From a virus: DNA of 64,000 nucleotides. Where the stretch lies: the IMG/VR virus record IMGVR_UViG_3300037851_000431, positions 32,001 through 96,000 of that record; one strand, written 5' to 3'. Below, one piece after another: positions 1-8,391 of this stretch. The first letter of the stretch is position 1. Each line of letters opens with the position of its first letter. The position numbers were made by a program, and so were the translations under genes. Below the pieces are notes generated by a model that made no database searches, was not told the DNA's origin, and saw nothing but the letters and a program-made list of their open reading frames with translations.

Positions 1-28
1 CCGCCGGGGGTGCCAAATTGGAGAGCAA

Positions 29-724
29 ATGAGAAAAGGTATATTAGTTGGTACGTGGAGTGGGGGCAAAGATTTTGCAACTCTTTGCCTAAACAGTCTA
101 GAACCTATAAGAAAAGATTTTCCTATTATTGTAGGAATTAATGATTTTTACAACGCTGATAGCGATTGGGTAGAGTCATTAAGATACAAATACGATATTA
201 TGGAAATATATAAAGATGGTTATGAACTTGCTCCAATATTTGGTATGGCAAATATTTCTCAAATTGATGTAGATGAGTTTTGGTTTTTTCAGGACACAAT
301 AGAAATTACAGACTGTAGTTTTATACCACTTTCCTTACAACAGGAGGGACTTTCTTTTTCTTATTGTAAAGAGTATATGATATTTTATTTAGGAAAATAT
401 CGAACAGAAACATTGAAAAAAATGATGGCTGTTGAAGTAAGATCAAAAAAAGATTCCATGTATTGGGAATGGTATTTTACTAGATTGTATCATTATATTG
501 ATTATGATGGCCAAAATTCTTATGTAGTTGATCCAGAATTAGATATCTGGAATAAAGATAATAATTATATAGAGAACATATTTGGGGAAGATCGGTTAGT
601 CATCAAAGGAAAATATCTAATTAAGCGGTTAGGTTTAACTGATTTTAATATCCCTAATTTATTAGGAAGAAGTTCAGAAGAGACTTTTGAAGCATGGAAA
701 TCCGCGTTTTCGGGAGGTAGATAA
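29..724 (+). CDS. Putative glycosyltransferase-like protein (paralog of 40532..41224)
   Basis: Shares DEF-x3-QDT, YLGKYR and N-x3-E-x2-G motifs with 40532..41224; GT-A-like N-terminus; function inferred. Confidence 0.5.
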   Translation: MRKGILVGTWSGGKDFATLCLNSLEPIRKDFPIIVGINDFYNADSDWVESLRYKYDIMEIYKDGYELAPIFGMANISQIDVDEFWFFQDTIEITDCSFIPLSLQQEGLSFSYCKEYMIFYLGKYRTETLKKMMAVEVRSKKDSMYWEWYFTRLYHYIDYDGQNSYVVDPELDIWNKDNNYIENIFGEDRLVIKGKYLIKRLGLTDFNIPNLLGRSSEETFEAWKSAFSGGR

Positions 725-931
725 ATGGTTAATGTAGTTAGGGATGGTCAGAAAGTTTGGCCGACTTGTCCAGAATGTGGGTGTAGGTTAAATATTGAGG
801 TAATGGAAGAATGGACTTGTTTATCTCATTTTGGAATGGACTCTGAAAAAGATGCAAGAGGTTGCATTTGTGTTTTGTTTGATAAAAATTATTGGACTAA
901 AACAGAATTATTATCCCATATTTGGGGGTGA
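725..931 (+). CDS. Small Zn-ribbon protein
   Basis: CPECG motif plus later His/Cys; SD GGAGG upstream. Confidence 0.6.
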   Translation: MVNVVRDGQKVWPTCPECGCRLNIEVMEEWTCLSHFGMDSEKDARGCICVLFDKNYWTKTELLSHIWG

Positions 932-936
932 ATTAA

Positions 937-1308
937 TTGTCGAAAAGAATTACAATATTGCCATTACTGGCAAGAACAGCAACCACGGTTTCTAGTGCTG
1001 TTAGTACTCATGATGCCGTTGGTGCAGTAGTAATTGTTAATGTTTCTGCTATTGCTAATACCCCTTCTGTCACGGTTACAGTTGAAGGTGTTGATGAAAC
1101 TAGCGCACTAAATACAGCGTATACATTACTTACATCTGCTGCAATAACAGGTGTTGGATTAACAAGATTAACTGTTCATCCTGCTATGACTGCCGCTGCA
1201 AACACGGTTGCCAAGGATGTTATACCATCGAAAATAAGAGTAACCTGTACACACGCAGATACAGATTCAATCACATACGCTGTTTCAGCATATTTAGTAA
1301 ACGCTTAA
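937..1308 (+). CDS. Ala/Thr/Val-rich beta-sandwich protein, possibly virion-associated
   Basis: Composition and beta-strand pattern typical of small phage structural proteins; TTG start with GGGGTGA SD. Confidence 0.5.
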   Translation: MSKRITILPLLARTATTVSSAVSTHDAVGAVVIVNVSAIANTPSVTVTVEGVDETSALNTAYTLLTSAAITGVGLTRLTVHPAMTAAANTVAKDVIPSKIRVTCTHADTDSITYAVSAYLVNA

Positions 1309-1313
1309 TATTT

Positions 1314-1392
1314 CGGGGTGTAGCTCAGTTTGGTTAGAGCGCCCGCTTTGGGAGCGGGAGGTTCGTAGGTTCGAATCCTATCACCCCGACCA
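1314..1392 (+). tRNA. tRNA-Pro(TGG)
   Basis: CGGGGTG/CACCCCG acceptor, loop TT-TGG-GA, TTCGAAT T-loop, encoded CCA. Confidence 0.97.
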
Positions 1393-1414
1393 CCTAGAAA
1401 GGTGGTGATGTAAA

Positions 1415-1690
1415 TTGGGACGTAAGAAAAGAGTCCCAATACCAAGAGGACAGTCTTATTATCCTTTAGATTATAACTTTGTATATCATAGATACGATGG
1501 TAAGGTACAATGTTCATACTGTGGTATTTTTGAAAATTATGATACCATAACACGCGATCATGTATATCCTAAGAGCAAAGGTGGCTCAATAACAGTACCT
1601 TGTTGCTATAGTTGTAATGAAGCGAAAAAAGATGCCTTACCTATCGAATGGGCAATTTTTATTTCTAGCGCCATTGATGTTAATGGTTAG
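1415..1690 (+). CDS. HNH endonuclease
   Basis: CSYCG...TRDHVYPKSKGG...CYSCNEAK HNH signature. Confidence 0.85.
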   Translation: MGRKKRVPIPRGQSYYPLDYNFVYHRYDGKVQCSYCGIFENYDTITRDHVYPKSKGGSITVPCCYSCNEAKKDALPIEWAIFISSAIDVNG

Positions 1691-1743
1691 CATGACAGCC
1701 TTCCAAGCTGTGTGTATCGGTTCGAATCCGATATGGCGCTCCA
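1668..1743 (+). tRNA. tRNA-Gly(TCC)
   Basis: GCGCCAT/ATGGCGC acceptor, ACAGC-CTTCCAA-GCTGT anticodon arm, T discriminator, CCA. Confidence 0.95.
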
Positions 1744-1744
1744 T

Positions 1745-1818
1745 AGGACTGTGGTGTAAAGGTAGCATAAGTGACTCCAAACCATTTGGCGAGGGTTCGA
1801 ATCCTTCCAGTCCTGCCA
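1745..1818 (+). tRNA. tRNA-Trp(CCA)
   Basis: AGGACTG/CAGTCCT acceptor, loop CT-CCA-AA, G discriminator, CCA. Confidence 0.95.
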
Positions 1819-1840
1819 AACTATATAAAAGGAATAGTTA

Positions 1841-2032
1841 ATGAAATGCCATAACATACACTGCTTTAAAGAAGCAGATGTTAATTGCAGTGTAATTTTT
1901 ACAAAGCCTTCTCAGCATGATTCCTATATATTTTGTAAAGATTGTTACAAATTAGTTATATTGACGGTAAGGCGACTTGTAGATTTTGAAGATTATGCCA
2001 CGGTAGCTCAGTCCGGTAGAGCGTCGGTTTGA
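1841..2032 (+). CDS. Small Cys-rich hypothetical protein
   Basis: C-x4-C and CKDC motifs, AAGGA SD; 3' end overlaps tRNA-Phe. Confidence 0.55.
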   Translation: MKCHNIHCFKEADVNCSVIFTKPSQHDSYIFCKDCYKLVILTVRRLVDFEDYATVAQSGRASV

Positions 2033-2073
2033 AGGTCCGTGCGTCGTAGGTTCAAATCCTACCCGTGGCACCA
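1997..2073 (+). tRNA. tRNA-Phe(GAA)
   Basis: GCCACGG/CCGTGGC acceptor, loop TT-GAA-GG, TTCAAAT, CCA; weak anticodon stem. Confidence 0.9.
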
Positions 2074-2093
2074 ATTAATTTGGAGGAAAGGAA

Positions 2094-2414
2094 ATGGTAG
2101 CAAAAGATTGGGACTTTAATTATACAATTAAAGATTCTTATAAACCAGTAAGTACAAATAAAACAATTACTTTAGGTAATGTTTCTTCTACTTATTATCG
2201 GGACGATAATACTTATACAGTCCCATCATATACTTACTCAACTTATTGGTATCCAACAACAATTTATATGTATCAAATATTTTGTCCAAGACCAAGATGC
2301 AAGGGAGTATTTTGGGGGGCAATAGATTCAATAGCAGTATGTCCTAAGTGTAAATCAAGAGTAAAAGTTACAGACTCTCCTCCACCGGATTATGAAGTGG
2401 AAGTGACAAAATAG
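2094..2414 (+). CDS. Hypothetical protein with C-terminal Zn finger
   Basis: Tyr/Thr-rich N-half, CPRPRC...CPKC; GGAGG SD. Confidence 0.65.
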   Translation: MVAKDWDFNYTIKDSYKPVSTNKTITLGNVSSTYYRDDNTYTVPSYTYSTYWYPTTIYMYQIFCPRPRCKGVFWGAIDSIAVCPKCKSRVKVTDSPPPDYEVEVTK

Positions 2415-2430
2415 AGGGGGTGGAATATGC

Positions 2431-2598
2431 GTGGTAAGAATATGGATGATCTTTGAAGATAACACGTTCTATGCCACGCCGCCTCTAGAGCGTTATTTAG
2501 CGGAATTACTATTAGTAAATTTAGGGGTAGACGCTCTTTGGGAGATAACATCAAATCCTCAAACCTTTAAGAGAGTATTAAGGGCTAAATTAATTTAG
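2431..2598 (+). CDS. 55-aa hypothetical protein (absent from ORF track)
   Basis: GTG-started frame (M)VRIWMIFEDNTFYATPPLERYLAELL...LRAKLI*, purine-rich SD-like run upstream; stop abuts tRNA-Lys. Confidence 0.5.
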   Translation: MVRIWMIFEDNTFYATPPLERYLAELLLVNLGVDALWEITSNPQTFKRVLRAKLI

Positions 2599-2672
2599 GG
2601 TGCGTAGCTCAATGGTAGAGTAAGAGACTCTTAACCTCTAGGTTGAAGGTTCAAATCCTTCCGCACTCACCA
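2598..2672 (+). tRNA. tRNA-Lys(CTT)
   Basis: GGGTGCG/CGCACTC acceptor, loop CT-CTT-AA, CCA. Confidence 0.95.
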
Positions 2673-2769
2673 GTAATTATTTTTAGGTTTACAAAGACAC
2701 AACCAAAAGTTGTGGGGCGGAACGCCTATTGGATTGGAGGAAGGTGTAAATAGGGCCAATTACATTAAT
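2673..2769 (+). ncRNA. Candidate small structured RNA between tRNA-Lys and tRNA-Asp
   Basis: Complementary pairs GTAATT/AATTAC, TTTACA/TGTAAA, CACAAC/GTTGTG, GGCG/CGCC, CCTATT/AATAGG; no family recognised. Confidence 0.35.
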
Positions 2770-2845
2770 GGTTCTATAGTATATCGGAATAGTATATCTG
2801 TCTGTCGAACAGAAGGGACGGGTTCGATTCCCGTTAGAACCGCCA
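2770..2845 (+). tRNA. tRNA-Asp(GTC)
   Basis: GGTTCTA/TAGAACC acceptor, TCTGT-CTGTCGA-ACAGA arm, G discriminator, CCA. Confidence 0.95.
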
Positions 2846-2870
2846 AATCTAAGGAATAGGAAAGGTATAA

Positions 2871-3461
2871 ATGGATACATCGACATGGCTATGTGGACCC
2901 CCACCAGCTAAAGGTCAATATCAGAGATACCCAAGTAGATTTATGTACAATCTCAAAAAGTATTACCCGGAGTTTATAAATGACAATACGCTTCATATGT
3001 TTTCAGGTTTTTCTGACTTTGGTGTTACTACCGATTTTCGTCCTGAGACTGGTGCTAGCATTATTGCTGATTATCGCAACATTCCTGTGGGGAATAATGT
3101 ATTTAGCAATGTGTTGGCTGACCCGCCTTACGCGGACCATTGGCAAGGGCAATGGCATGGGGATTTACCCAAGCCTAAGCATATACTACGCGAAGCAAGC
3201 AGAGTTGTTAAATTGGGTGGCCTCATCGGCATCCTCCATATCATCATCATACCTGCCTACAAAGAATTAGGTGTCAAACGAATTGGGTTACACCCTATTC
3301 TTACCGGACCCAATAATGCTATAAGAGTATTTAATGTGTTTAGGCTCGTAACTCAGTCTGGTTTAGAGTACGATCCTGATAAGATCGAAGTCGTTGGTTC
3401 AAATCCAACCGAGCCTACCAGATTTATTCAGTTAACAATGACAGATTATATTGGCCCTTAG
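2871..3461 (+). CDS. DNA amino (N6-A/N4-C) methyltransferase
   Basis: LHMFSG SAM-binding motif I and ADPPY catalytic motif IV; C-terminus reads through tRNA-Ile. Confidence 0.8.
   Translation: MDTSTWLCGPPPAKGQYQRYPSRFMYNLKKYYPEFINDNTLHMFSGFSDFGVTTDFRPETGASIIADYRNIPVGNNVFSNVLADPPYADHWQGQWHGDLPKPKHILREASRVVKLGGLIGILHIIIIPAYKELGVKRIGLHPILTGPNNAIRVFNVFRLVTQSGLEYDPDKIEVVGSNPTEPTRFIQLTMTDYIGP
3342..3420 (+). tRNA. tRNA-Ile(GAT)
   Basis: AGGCTCG/CGAGCCT acceptor, CGATC-CTGATAA-GATCG arm, CCA. Confidence 0.96.
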
Positions 3462-3527
3462 TCTAATTGGTAAAACGCCTGTCTCTGGAACAGGAGAGTC
3501 TTGGTTCGATCCCAAGAGGGCCAGCCA
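3452..3527 (+). tRNA. tRNA-Gln(CTG)
   Basis: TGGCCCT/AGGGCCA acceptor, CCTGT-CTCTGGA-ACAGG arm, CCA. Confidence 0.95.
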
Positions 3528-3528
3528 C

Positions 3529-3604
3529 CCGCCTATAGCACAATGGATAAGTGTAACAGAGTTCGATCCTGTGGATGGGGGTTCGAATCCCTCTAGGCGG
3601 GCCA
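3529..3604 (+). tRNA. tRNA-Arg(TCG)
   Basis: CCGCCTA/TAGGCGG acceptor, loop GT-TCG-AT, TTCGAAT, CCA. Confidence 0.9.
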
Positions 3605-3616
3605 AATTAAAGGGGT

Positions 3617-4294
3617 GTGGAATGGATGAGGGTACTGGATTTATTTTGTGGAGCAGGAGGAGCTTCAGTAGGTTACTTTAAAGCGGGATTTGATGTTACA
3701 GGAGTGGACATTAATCCACAACCTAATTACCCTTTTGAATTTATTCAAGCAGATGCTTTTGAAGTATTTGCTACAATAGGGGGAAGATTTGATCTTATTC
3801 ATGCTAGTCCTCCGTGTCAATACTATTCATGGGGCACTCGCAAAGGAAGAGAAACTAAATTTCCTCGATATATACCACAACTAAAAGAATGTTTTTTTGA
3901 AACACCTTATGTAATAGAAAATATAATGAATGCTAAAAAAGATTTAGATAATCCTATTATGCTTTGTGGAACCATGTTTAATCTTAGGTTACTAAAACAC
4001 AGATTATTTGAATCTAATATGCCGCTACTGCAACCTGAACATAAGAAACATGTGGGGTCAGTTAGTAGCGGTGATTATGTTACAGTAGCAGGACATGGGG
4101 GCAATTCTAAAACAGGGGATTTTTCTATAGCAGCGTGGCAAGAAGCAATGGGTATAAACTGGCTGTATACAAGGCCAGAATTAGCAGAGGCTATCCCACC
4201 CTCTTATACAGAATACATAGGTATACAATTAATGGATCGGTTGAGCAATTTGGCTGGCTCGCCTGACTGTAGATCAGGTCTGAAAGGCGTGTAG
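3617..4294 (+). CDS. DNA cytosine-C5 methyltransferase (start possibly ATG 3626)
   Basis: LDLFCGAGG motif I, SPPCQ motif IV, VIEN motif VI, AIPP-x-YTEYIG motif X; C-terminus overlaps tRNA-Tyr. Confidence 0.92.
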   Translation: MEWMRVLDLFCGAGGASVGYFKAGFDVTGVDINPQPNYPFEFIQADAFEVFATIGGRFDLIHASPPCQYYSWGTRKGRETKFPRYIPQLKECFFETPYVIENIMNAKKDLDNPIMLCGTMFNLRLLKHRLFESNMPLLQPEHKKHVGSVSSGDYVTVAGHGGNSKTGDFSIAAWQEAMGINWLYTRPELAEAIPPSYTEYIGIQLMDRLSNLAGSPDCRSGLKGV

Positions 4295-4318
4295 GTTCGA
4301 ATCCTACCCGGTCCACCA
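4234..4318 (+). tRNA. tRNA-Tyr(GTA)
   Basis: GGATCGG/CCGGTCC acceptor, CCTGA-CTGTAGA-TCAGG arm, long variable arm, CCA. Confidence 0.93.
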
Positions 4319-4321
4319 AAT

Positions 4322-4393
4322 GGCGGGGAGGCTTGGTAGCCCAGCCAGTCTCATAAGCTGTGCTAAGAGTGTTCGATTCACTCCCCCGCAACC
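4322..4393 (+). tRNA. tRNA with CAT anticodon (Met/fMet-like, atypical)
   Basis: GGCGGGG/CCCCGCA acceptor with 1:72 mismatch, loop CT-CAT-AA, short D arm, CCA. Confidence 0.85.
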
Positions 4394-4417
4394 AAAAATT
4401 TTTGAGCGAGGAATATT

Positions 4418-5050
4418 ATGGACGAAAACAAACTAAAAAGGTTAAAGAACCTTAGGTTGTTTAGGGACTGGACACAGGAGCAGATTATTGCTTATATGGA
4501 GGAAAAGGAATCTAGACCCAAGGTTGAATCAACAATAGTAAGCGTTGAGACAGAAGGTAAAACATACGATAGACAGTTTCGAAAATTGCTTTCAGTCTTG
4601 AAAGAAGATTATAGCGTTGATATGAATGATTCTAACGACGCACAAGCACTAATGTCATTAGCGCGGCATCTTATTCAAGCAGAAAAAGCAGATCAAAGAA
4701 TTCGGGCAATTCAAGATAAAGCAACATTGTCTGATGATGATGTTAGGACACTTAAAAATCTAGGCGATTTTCAATCGGGTATTCAACGAACAGTAAATGA
4801 ATTACAGGCACAACTAGGAATATCTAGGAAAATAAGAAAGGAAAAACAAGCAGACGATATTCCTCAGTATATCGCTGCTCTACAAAAGAAAGCCAAAGAT
4901 TTTTGGGAAAGAAAAACAGTAGGTATAAAATGTGAAAACTGTATGATAGAATTAGCCCGCTACTGGATTAACTTTCCTGATTCAGCATATACGGTAAAGA
5001 TGGAGTTGGAATGTTGGAAATGCCAAGAGAAAATAGTATTCGTGAGATAA
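4418..5050 (+). CDS. Putative terminase small subunit
   Basis: Helical protein directly upstream of and overlapping TerL; C-terminal CxxC...CxxC. Confidence 0.55.
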   Translation: MDENKLKRLKNLRLFRDWTQEQIIAYMEEKESRPKVESTIVSVETEGKTYDRQFRKLLSVLKEDYSVDMNDSNDAQALMSLARHLIQAEKADQRIRAIQDKATLSDDDVRTLKNLGDFQSGIQRTVNELQAQLGISRKIRKEKQADDIPQYIAALQKKAKDFWERKTVGIKCENCMIELARYWINFPDSAYTVKMELECWKCQEKIVFVR

Positions 5051-6672
5051 TGACTCCCGAAGAAATAGAAGAAGCAGAGTGGGGATTGGTACAGATCATT
5101 GCTCATCCTGTTCTATTTCGGGAGTTTATTAATGAATCGGATGAAAATTGGTCGCAATTAGAAAATCACGAAAGAGCTTGGTCTACTTGCACTTCTTCTT
5201 ATTTTGGTATGTGTTGTGGACGAGGCGTTAGAAAAACCACAGCAATGATTGAATTGCTTTATTGGTGGATGATAAACAACATGTTTGTGCCGGGTGATCC
5301 CGGCCTTTTTGTTGTGGTACCAAATAAAGCGCAGAAAGATGTTATTTTTTATAGGATACGATCAGCTTGTGAGAAGCACTGGCTTATTAAACACTTTGTA
5401 AGTCCTAATTCGATTAACCAAAACGAAGGTCGTATAGATTTTGTTAATGGATTCCAATTTATTCTTAGAATTGCTGGATCAGCAGGATCGGAATCCAACG
5501 TGATTTCTGTTCACACTTACAGGATATGGGTTGATGAAGCACAGGACTTCCCGTGGAGAACATGGCTCTCACTACAGAATGTTCTTAAGCGTGAAATACC
5601 CGGTTATCAATTAATTGTTTCAGGTGTTCCAAATGGGGAGCGCAGAGAAAATGTTTTATTTGAATGTGATCAAGTAGACGATAAGTATGTATCATTTAAT
5701 ATACCACAGACAATGATGAGTTGGTGGAATCCTGAAGTAGAATTTCAGAGAAGAAAAGAATACCATGCCGTACAAGAAGATAGTGAGGATTATAAGCACT
5801 ATGTTTTGGGTCAGCATGGAATGCCTACTTATTCTGTATTCGATAGAATACGATTCTTACAAGAAGATTTTGAGATTCCTAAGATAGTAGTAACGCAACG
5901 TATGTTTGATTCGTATGCAGAAAATGTGTGGGATGAAAAAGCAGAACAAACGAAGCGTGTGTATCATCCTGAAATGGTGTTAACTCCCTGTCCACCATTA
6001 CCTTTGGAGAATGGTGTCAAGCCACTAGTAGGATTAGGTTACGATGTGGGTTACTCTCCTGATCCGGCTGTATTCTTTATTATGTATCAGACAACTAATG
6101 GTACATGGAGAAATTTAGCCCGGTTTGTACTACAACGAGTAGAGTATGGTATACAGAGAGAAGCTTTTGTATATTTAGATAGAATATATCAATTTGACTT
6201 TTTAGGTATAGATATGGGTGGTCCCGGTAAAGTTCAATATCAAGATTTGGCCGGGGAAACTTCTGATTACGAACCACAGTATCATTATTCAGAAAGAATA
6301 TATCCTGTTGAATTTGGTGGTTGGATGGTTGTTGCTGCTCGTAATGATAAGGGCGAAATAATTGAAAAGAAAGATCAAACAAAAAGAGTAGCAGTTGAAA
6401 CAGTATCCCGATGGGTACACGAAAAGCGTTTTGTGTTCGCTAAGATGGATACTGATTTAATGGAAGAGCTAGAACGAACAAAATTTACACGTACAATAAC
6501 AGGTGAACCTGTTTATAAAACAGAGGACGATCATCAGATGGCGGCAATGATGTGCGCTATCATGGCATATGAACACCGTTTTGGTAAACCATTAATGTTT
6601 GCTAGATCGGAATTTAAACCTAGACTCCTTCCTGCGGGATGGTTAAATGTTAGTAAATATGGGGTAATGTAA
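5050..6672 (+). CDS. terL: Terminase large subunit (track start 5011; ATG 5050 overlaps the upstream stop)
   Basis: Walker A-like CGRGVRKT, Walker B IWVDEAQ, nuclease GYDVG and C-terminal DDH; precedes portal. Confidence 0.88.
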   Translation: MTPEEIEEAEWGLVQIIAHPVLFREFINESDENWSQLENHERAWSTCTSSYFGMCCGRGVRKTTAMIELLYWWMINNMFVPGDPGLFVVVPNKAQKDVIFYRIRSACEKHWLIKHFVSPNSINQNEGRIDFVNGFQFILRIAGSAGSESNVISVHTYRIWVDEAQDFPWRTWLSLQNVLKREIPGYQLIVSGVPNGERRENVLFECDQVDDKYVSFNIPQTMMSWWNPEVEFQRRKEYHAVQEDSEDYKHYVLGQHGMPTYSVFDRIRFLQEDFEIPKIVVTQRMFDSYAENVWDEKAEQTKRVYHPEMVLTPCPPLPLENGVKPLVGLGYDVGYSPDPAVFFIMYQTTNGTWRNLARFVLQRVEYGIQREAFVYLDRIYQFDFLGIDMGGPGKVQYQDLAGETSDYEPQYHYSERIYPVEFGGWMVVAARNDKGEIIEKKDQTKRVAVETVSRWVHEKRFVFAKMDTDLMEELERTKFTRTITGEPVYKTEDDHQMAAMMCAIMAYEHRFGKPLMFARSEFKPRLLPAGWLNVSKYGVM

Positions 6673-8391
6673 ATGACAGAAAAGGTACAATTGGCAAAAG
6701 CCTCCTCAGAGTATATAAAGACTGCTTTGTCTGACTCCGGTGGCTTCTATTTGCCTTCGCAATCTTGGGATTCTCTAAGTCAGAAATATGGATTAACCCC
6801 TGAAAAATTAACCGTACCCAAAAATTACCACAAAGTTTTAACTATGTGCTATGATTTTTATCAAAGGGGCGGGTTAGTAACAACGGTTATAAACAGATTA
6901 TCAGAATTTACAATTACCGAGATTCGAAACGGTCAAAGAAAAACGACAGACGAAGCTAATGCTTATTACAGTGCAGTGCTACATAGAAGCCCATCAAGAT
7001 TAATGCGGTATCTAAGATCGATTGCACTTGAATATTATCTATCAGGTTTGATAATACCCAATGTTACTTGGGAAGAGAAAACGGGAGCCGAGATTTCTCC
7101 TTCGCTTATAGCAGGGAAGAAGTATGTGGTTCCCGTATTTGATTATTATCCACCTATTTTAGTTCACATCGAGTGGGCTGGGTGGGGAAAGAAAAAGTAT
7201 TATCTTAAGGTATCAGATGAAGATAAAAGGATTATAAGGAATGCCAAAACAGTAAAAGAAGAACAAAAGAGAAGGCTGGAATTACTTGAACAGTATCCTC
7301 AGTACTTTAATGATGTTGCCAACGGTGCTGATATGGTAGAAATTAAAGAGGTTAATGCTATCTTAAGAAAGGAGATTTCATACTCTCCTTATCCCACACC
7401 ATACCTATTTAATGTATTAGAGGCTCTTATATTTAAGCAGCAACTTAGAAGAATGGATTTCTCTGTGGCCTCTAGAATTATTAATGCTATCCTACTTGTT
7501 CAAGAGGGTAGTGATATGTTCCCATTAACCGAAGAAACTAGAGAAAATCTAGATGAATTAAAAACTCAGATTTTAGCGCGCGCAAACAATCCTTTACAAT
7601 TAGAAAGGTTGTTCATGCTATTTTCAAACCATACAACAAAACTTACATGGGTAACGCCTGATGTAGCAGCCCTATTGGATCAAGATAAATATCGACAAAC
7701 CAATGAAGAAATTTATGATGCACTAGGATTTCCAAAGATTCTTATTACAGGAGAATCAAGCAATAGTAGTGGTGGGGATATTTCAACTTGGGCTATTCAG
7801 CCTCAGATGGAAGATTTAAGATCAAATTTGAAAGAATGGATAACAGATATCTATGAAGAGGCGGGGGACTTGAACAGATTTAGAAATATACCAGAACCTA
7901 ATTTTAAGCCAGTTAGGTTGGTAGACTTTGTAAAGAATGCCGCAATGTTCCAGCAAGGATTTACAGAAGGAAACATCTCAAGAACAACACGGTCAGAATC
8001 TCTTGGTACAGATTTCGAAACTGAAGTTGAATTAATGAAAGACGAAAGAAAATTAATGGAAGGCTTACCGGAGTTCCCTGCCATGCCTTATAGCGCCGTA
8101 GCGCCGCTTGTAGGCGGTCGTAGCGGAATGCCGGGGATACAGGGACCAAATAATGGGCGACCACTTGGAAGCCAAAATGTTCCTGTTAATAATAGAAACT
8201 CAGGTGTTAAACCTAAGGGTCAACAACCTGTTTCAAGGTTAAAGTCAGCAGCAGAAAATGAAATGGATTTATCTGACGAAGAAGTTATTAACTTAATCGA
8301 TAAGGTAGCAAAGGATCGAGGTATTATTGTAAACATGGAAATGTTTGCCAAAGTTGGAGAATTATTAGATGGCGAAGGAGAAACAATATAA
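6673..8391 (+). CDS. Portal protein
   Basis: 572 aa directly after TerL; IYDALGFPKILITG portal-like motif; low-complexity C-terminal tail. Confidence 0.8.
   Translation: MTEKVQLAKASSEYIKTALSDSGGFYLPSQSWDSLSQKYGLTPEKLTVPKNYHKVLTMCYDFYQRGGLVTTVINRLSEFTITEIRNGQRKTTDEANAYYSAVLHRSPSRLMRYLRSIALEYYLSGLIIPNVTWEEKTGAEISPSLIAGKKYVVPVFDYYPPILVHIEWAGWGKKKYYLKVSDEDKRIIRNAKTVKEEQKRRLELLEQYPQYFNDVANGADMVEIKEVNAILRKEISYSPYPTPYLFNVLEALIFKQQLRRMDFSVASRIINAILLVQEGSDMFPLTEETRENLDELKTQILARANNPLQLERLFMLFSNHTTKLTWVTPDVAALLDQDKYRQTNEEIYDALGFPKILITGESSNSSGGDISTWAIQPQMEDLRSNLKEWITDIYEEAGDLNRFRNIPEPNFKPVRLVDFVKNAAMFQQGFTEGNISRTTRSESLGTDFETEVELMKDERKLMEGLPEFPAMPYSAVAPLVGGRSGMPGIQGPNNGRPLGSQNVPVNNRNSGVKPKGQQPVSRLKSAAENEMDLSDEEVINLIDKVAKDRGIIVNMEMFAKVGELLDGEGETI

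Noticed and set aside
2412-2547. Hairpins AGAGG...CCTCT and GAGCGT/ACGCTC as an ncRNA
   Set aside because: Region is explained by a plausible 55-aa ORF at 2431..2598 and the stems are short
1305-4391. Track ORFs 1305..1553, 1617..1841, 1637..1819, 2689..2904, 3451..3681, 4191..4391
   Set aside because: Translations of tRNA genes on either strand (GSNP/GFEP patterns), not real proteins
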